NCBI GenBank assembly: GCA_000934665.2
Contig: KZ538306.1
Location: forward strand, 1-64,000
Direction: 5' to 3'
Origin: Catajapyx aquilonaris
Taxonomy: Eukaryota
Length of the DNA stretch: 64,000 bases
The notes under the pieces are model-generated. The model did no database searches, had not been told where the DNA came from, and saw only the letters and a program-made list of their open reading frames with translations. Below, in pieces: positions 61,533-64,000 of the stretch; position 1 is the first letter of the stretch; each line of letters begins with the position of its first letter. The position numbers and the translations under genes were made by a program.

Positions 61533-62852
61533 CTCATTCAGGACATAAATCGTGCATTTAAAAAAAAAATGGTAACAAAGTCAGAGCAAAAATCTAATGT
61601 GAATAAATAAATATTTTTTTCTATATACGAGTTGTGTCCATATATGAAGTACAGAACTGACATGTGAGTTGGGTACCGACTGTTTGAAGTTTGAATATTT
61701 TCATTGTAATCTCGGTGATAATGATGTAGAAAATGCATAATATTCGACTACAAAATAATGAGGGGATAATTTTTTTTAAAAAAACAGCCAAGTACACTTG
61801 AAAAACGGTCGTAAAATGAGCGAAAAGAAAAACGGATGATTACCGGTACTTAACTTTCACTGGTACAATCTTGAAACTTTTTAAGTCCATATGTTGCCTC
61901 AGCTCAGCTACATACGCAAATGTGCAATTAATACAAAATGTTAAAATATATAATTGCTGCACGTATCTCGGTTAGANNNCCCCCCCCCCCCCAAAGTGGA
62001 CTTTGTTGTTGATCTCACTTGTCAGCAGACGACCCCTCCAAATATTATTTTATAAAAAATGCAAGATATGCTGGAAGAGAGGACAGAATATTATGCGAAT
62101 AAATAAATAGGAACTTGCTTTTTTCCAGATTAAGGTCGAGGTAAATCGGATCCTTCCAAGCCATGTTAAATATTGGTTTCAAAATCGAAGAGTTACTTTG
62201 AAGTTAAATAAATTTTGACTTTCCAGTCACGTTCTTGATTTTTTTCCCCCAACGATATGTGCTGCTTGTAATGTTAAAAAAAACCATGGTAACGCAACAA
62301 TGCTTGCCAAAAATGTTGTTTTCTACGAACAAGTTTGCAGGATGAGGATAATTTCTAGCCCACTGCGCATACTTCAAAATTTCATAGTGATTTAAGGTAC
62401 AGTCGTTATTTTGAAACGTACAATTAAAATTTTCGAAGCCCTCGAAATGTACTTTTCAATCATGTGTGACTCGCAAGTCTGCTGAATCATTATGTTGCAA
62501 GATGATTTATTCAAATGCTTTGTAAAATTGGGCGACGTCGCCTGGTACTTCATGTGCCATTAGTTATTGTTTAAAAACATGCAAGTTACACATCCATAGG
62601 ATAATACAACAGGGAACAATACATTGTAACAAACAAATGTGACGTTTTCCCCCTGTTTTGTATTGTTGAATTTACTGTAACTTAGGCCACGCACTGATTT
62701 ACAGAGGGTTTGACATTGTTGACAACAATTGAACTGACAGTTATTACAGTGGCGCAAATGGGCTTGTACTGATAACAACTAATGACCCTCAGGGGTCCAA
62801 ACTATACAGCTTAAAAATTATTGTCTTTAGAAACTCAAGCTAACAAAGAAGC

Positions 62853-64000
62853 ATGGCTCGTGACAACAACGGACCCGGCACATTCCCAAGACAATATCAA
62901 TCACCGTTGAGTCCAACCCCTTCTGTTTACTACGACTGCATATCGGACGGAGTAAGGCAACTATAAGGGCCAGAAAACTTCTTTTTTTTCATTTGGAAAT
63001 AGTGACAGAAACATTTCAAACTATCACTTTCCAACCTCTGAAAAAGTTTTCTGAAAGTGTTGCAGCCTTTTAAAAAACGAATAAAATATTAAGTAACTTC
63101 AACTTTGCTTTCTCAGAGTCATTCAGTATCAGACGCCTCTTTCCACTCCGTCATATTCGACGAAAGCAGCACTACCATTAACCAGGAGAAACAACATGGG
63201 AACCAGCCACAGACGCCTCCGCACTACCCATCAGATGTTGGTTCAACATCATCATCAGCCAGTAGAAACATGTCAAAGCCTATTTTATCTGAAAAACGCA
63301 ATTTGCACAGAAGCACGTCGTCACCGTCTGCCAAGAGGGTTAAGTTTGCAGACGACACTATGGACCACAAATTGGAAGGAAAAAGATCTTTCAACAGGAG
63401 AACAACTAAGTTCAAAGTGCCATCAATTCAGGACATAGTAAATTTTGTCAAATCGGTCCCATCAAAAGTGTTCGACAAGCCTGTTGAAAATGTCGATTTC
63501 GCTGACAGTCCATATTTGCACCCAGTCCAAAGAAGCATTCCTAAGATACGAAGCACGCCAAGGATGTCCCCAGGTAAGGATCCACTGATTTAGGAGTTAA
63601 TCCGGTTCATATCATGTCAAATATTGTAGAGGTAATGCAATGCAGTACCCACATCATAACTCCCNNNNNNNNNNNNNNNNNNNCCCCCCCCCCCCCCCAA
63701 AAGGCAGGTCCTAAATATTGCGATCTCTGTGGTTAAGCCATATTGTGACAAAACATTCAATTGCAGAACCTGTGTCACCACAAGTGGAGAAATATTACCC
63801 TCGAGATTTTGTTGAACCGGACAATTTCTACGCGGCTAAGGAATATTATGAACCGAACGATGGTTTATTAAGAGATGGGTTGCTTGGAGTCATAGATCAT
63901 AGCAATCTCACTATGAAAATGATTAATCGCAGGGTCAGAAACCTGTCCAAAATAGCGGACATTGTTAATACTAGACAAGTGCGACCAGAGAAGCCCAAGA
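62853..64000 (+). CDS. Uncharacterised protein, 3' partial, with an RVxF motif
   Basis: Exons 62853-62951, 63117-63573 and 63767 to window end are phase-compatible and open; contains SAKRVKFAD. Confidence 0.65.

Noticed and set aside
61977..63698. N runs beside poly-C tracts
   Set aside because: Assembly gaps at homopolymers, not biological features.

Overview
Gene-dense eukaryotic animal DNA, most likely a non-dipteran arthropod (GT-AG introns mostly 50-90 nt, insect-like protein sequences, degenerate TTAGG tract). In order: phospholipase C-gamma (+); about 11 kb without convincing coding sequence but rich in foldback elements, splice-site-bounded segments and a GC-rich hairpin island; a three-gene cluster of an unrecognised secreted, N-glycosylated, beta-rich protein family plus a truncated pseudo-copy; CLN3/battenin (-); ACTL6/BAP55 (+); IGHMBP2 (-) with a complete alkaline phosphatase gene nested antisense in its 8.9-kb intron; a THEG-repeat gene (+); Cys-type GPx7 with KDEL (+); selenophosphate synthetase (-); a 1154-aa orphan low-complexity gene (+); and a partial orphan gene with a PP1-docking motif. 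Highlights: (1) the SPS gene looks like insect SPS1 in protein sequence yet has an in-frame UGA at the catalytic site, a GGG-UGU context, a downstream hairpin and a 3'UTR SECIS; (2) the unrecognised secreted family has conserved exon structure, and two members start head-to-head only 106 bp apart. Exon models were read by eye and are not transcript-confirmed. No database search or folding program was run.
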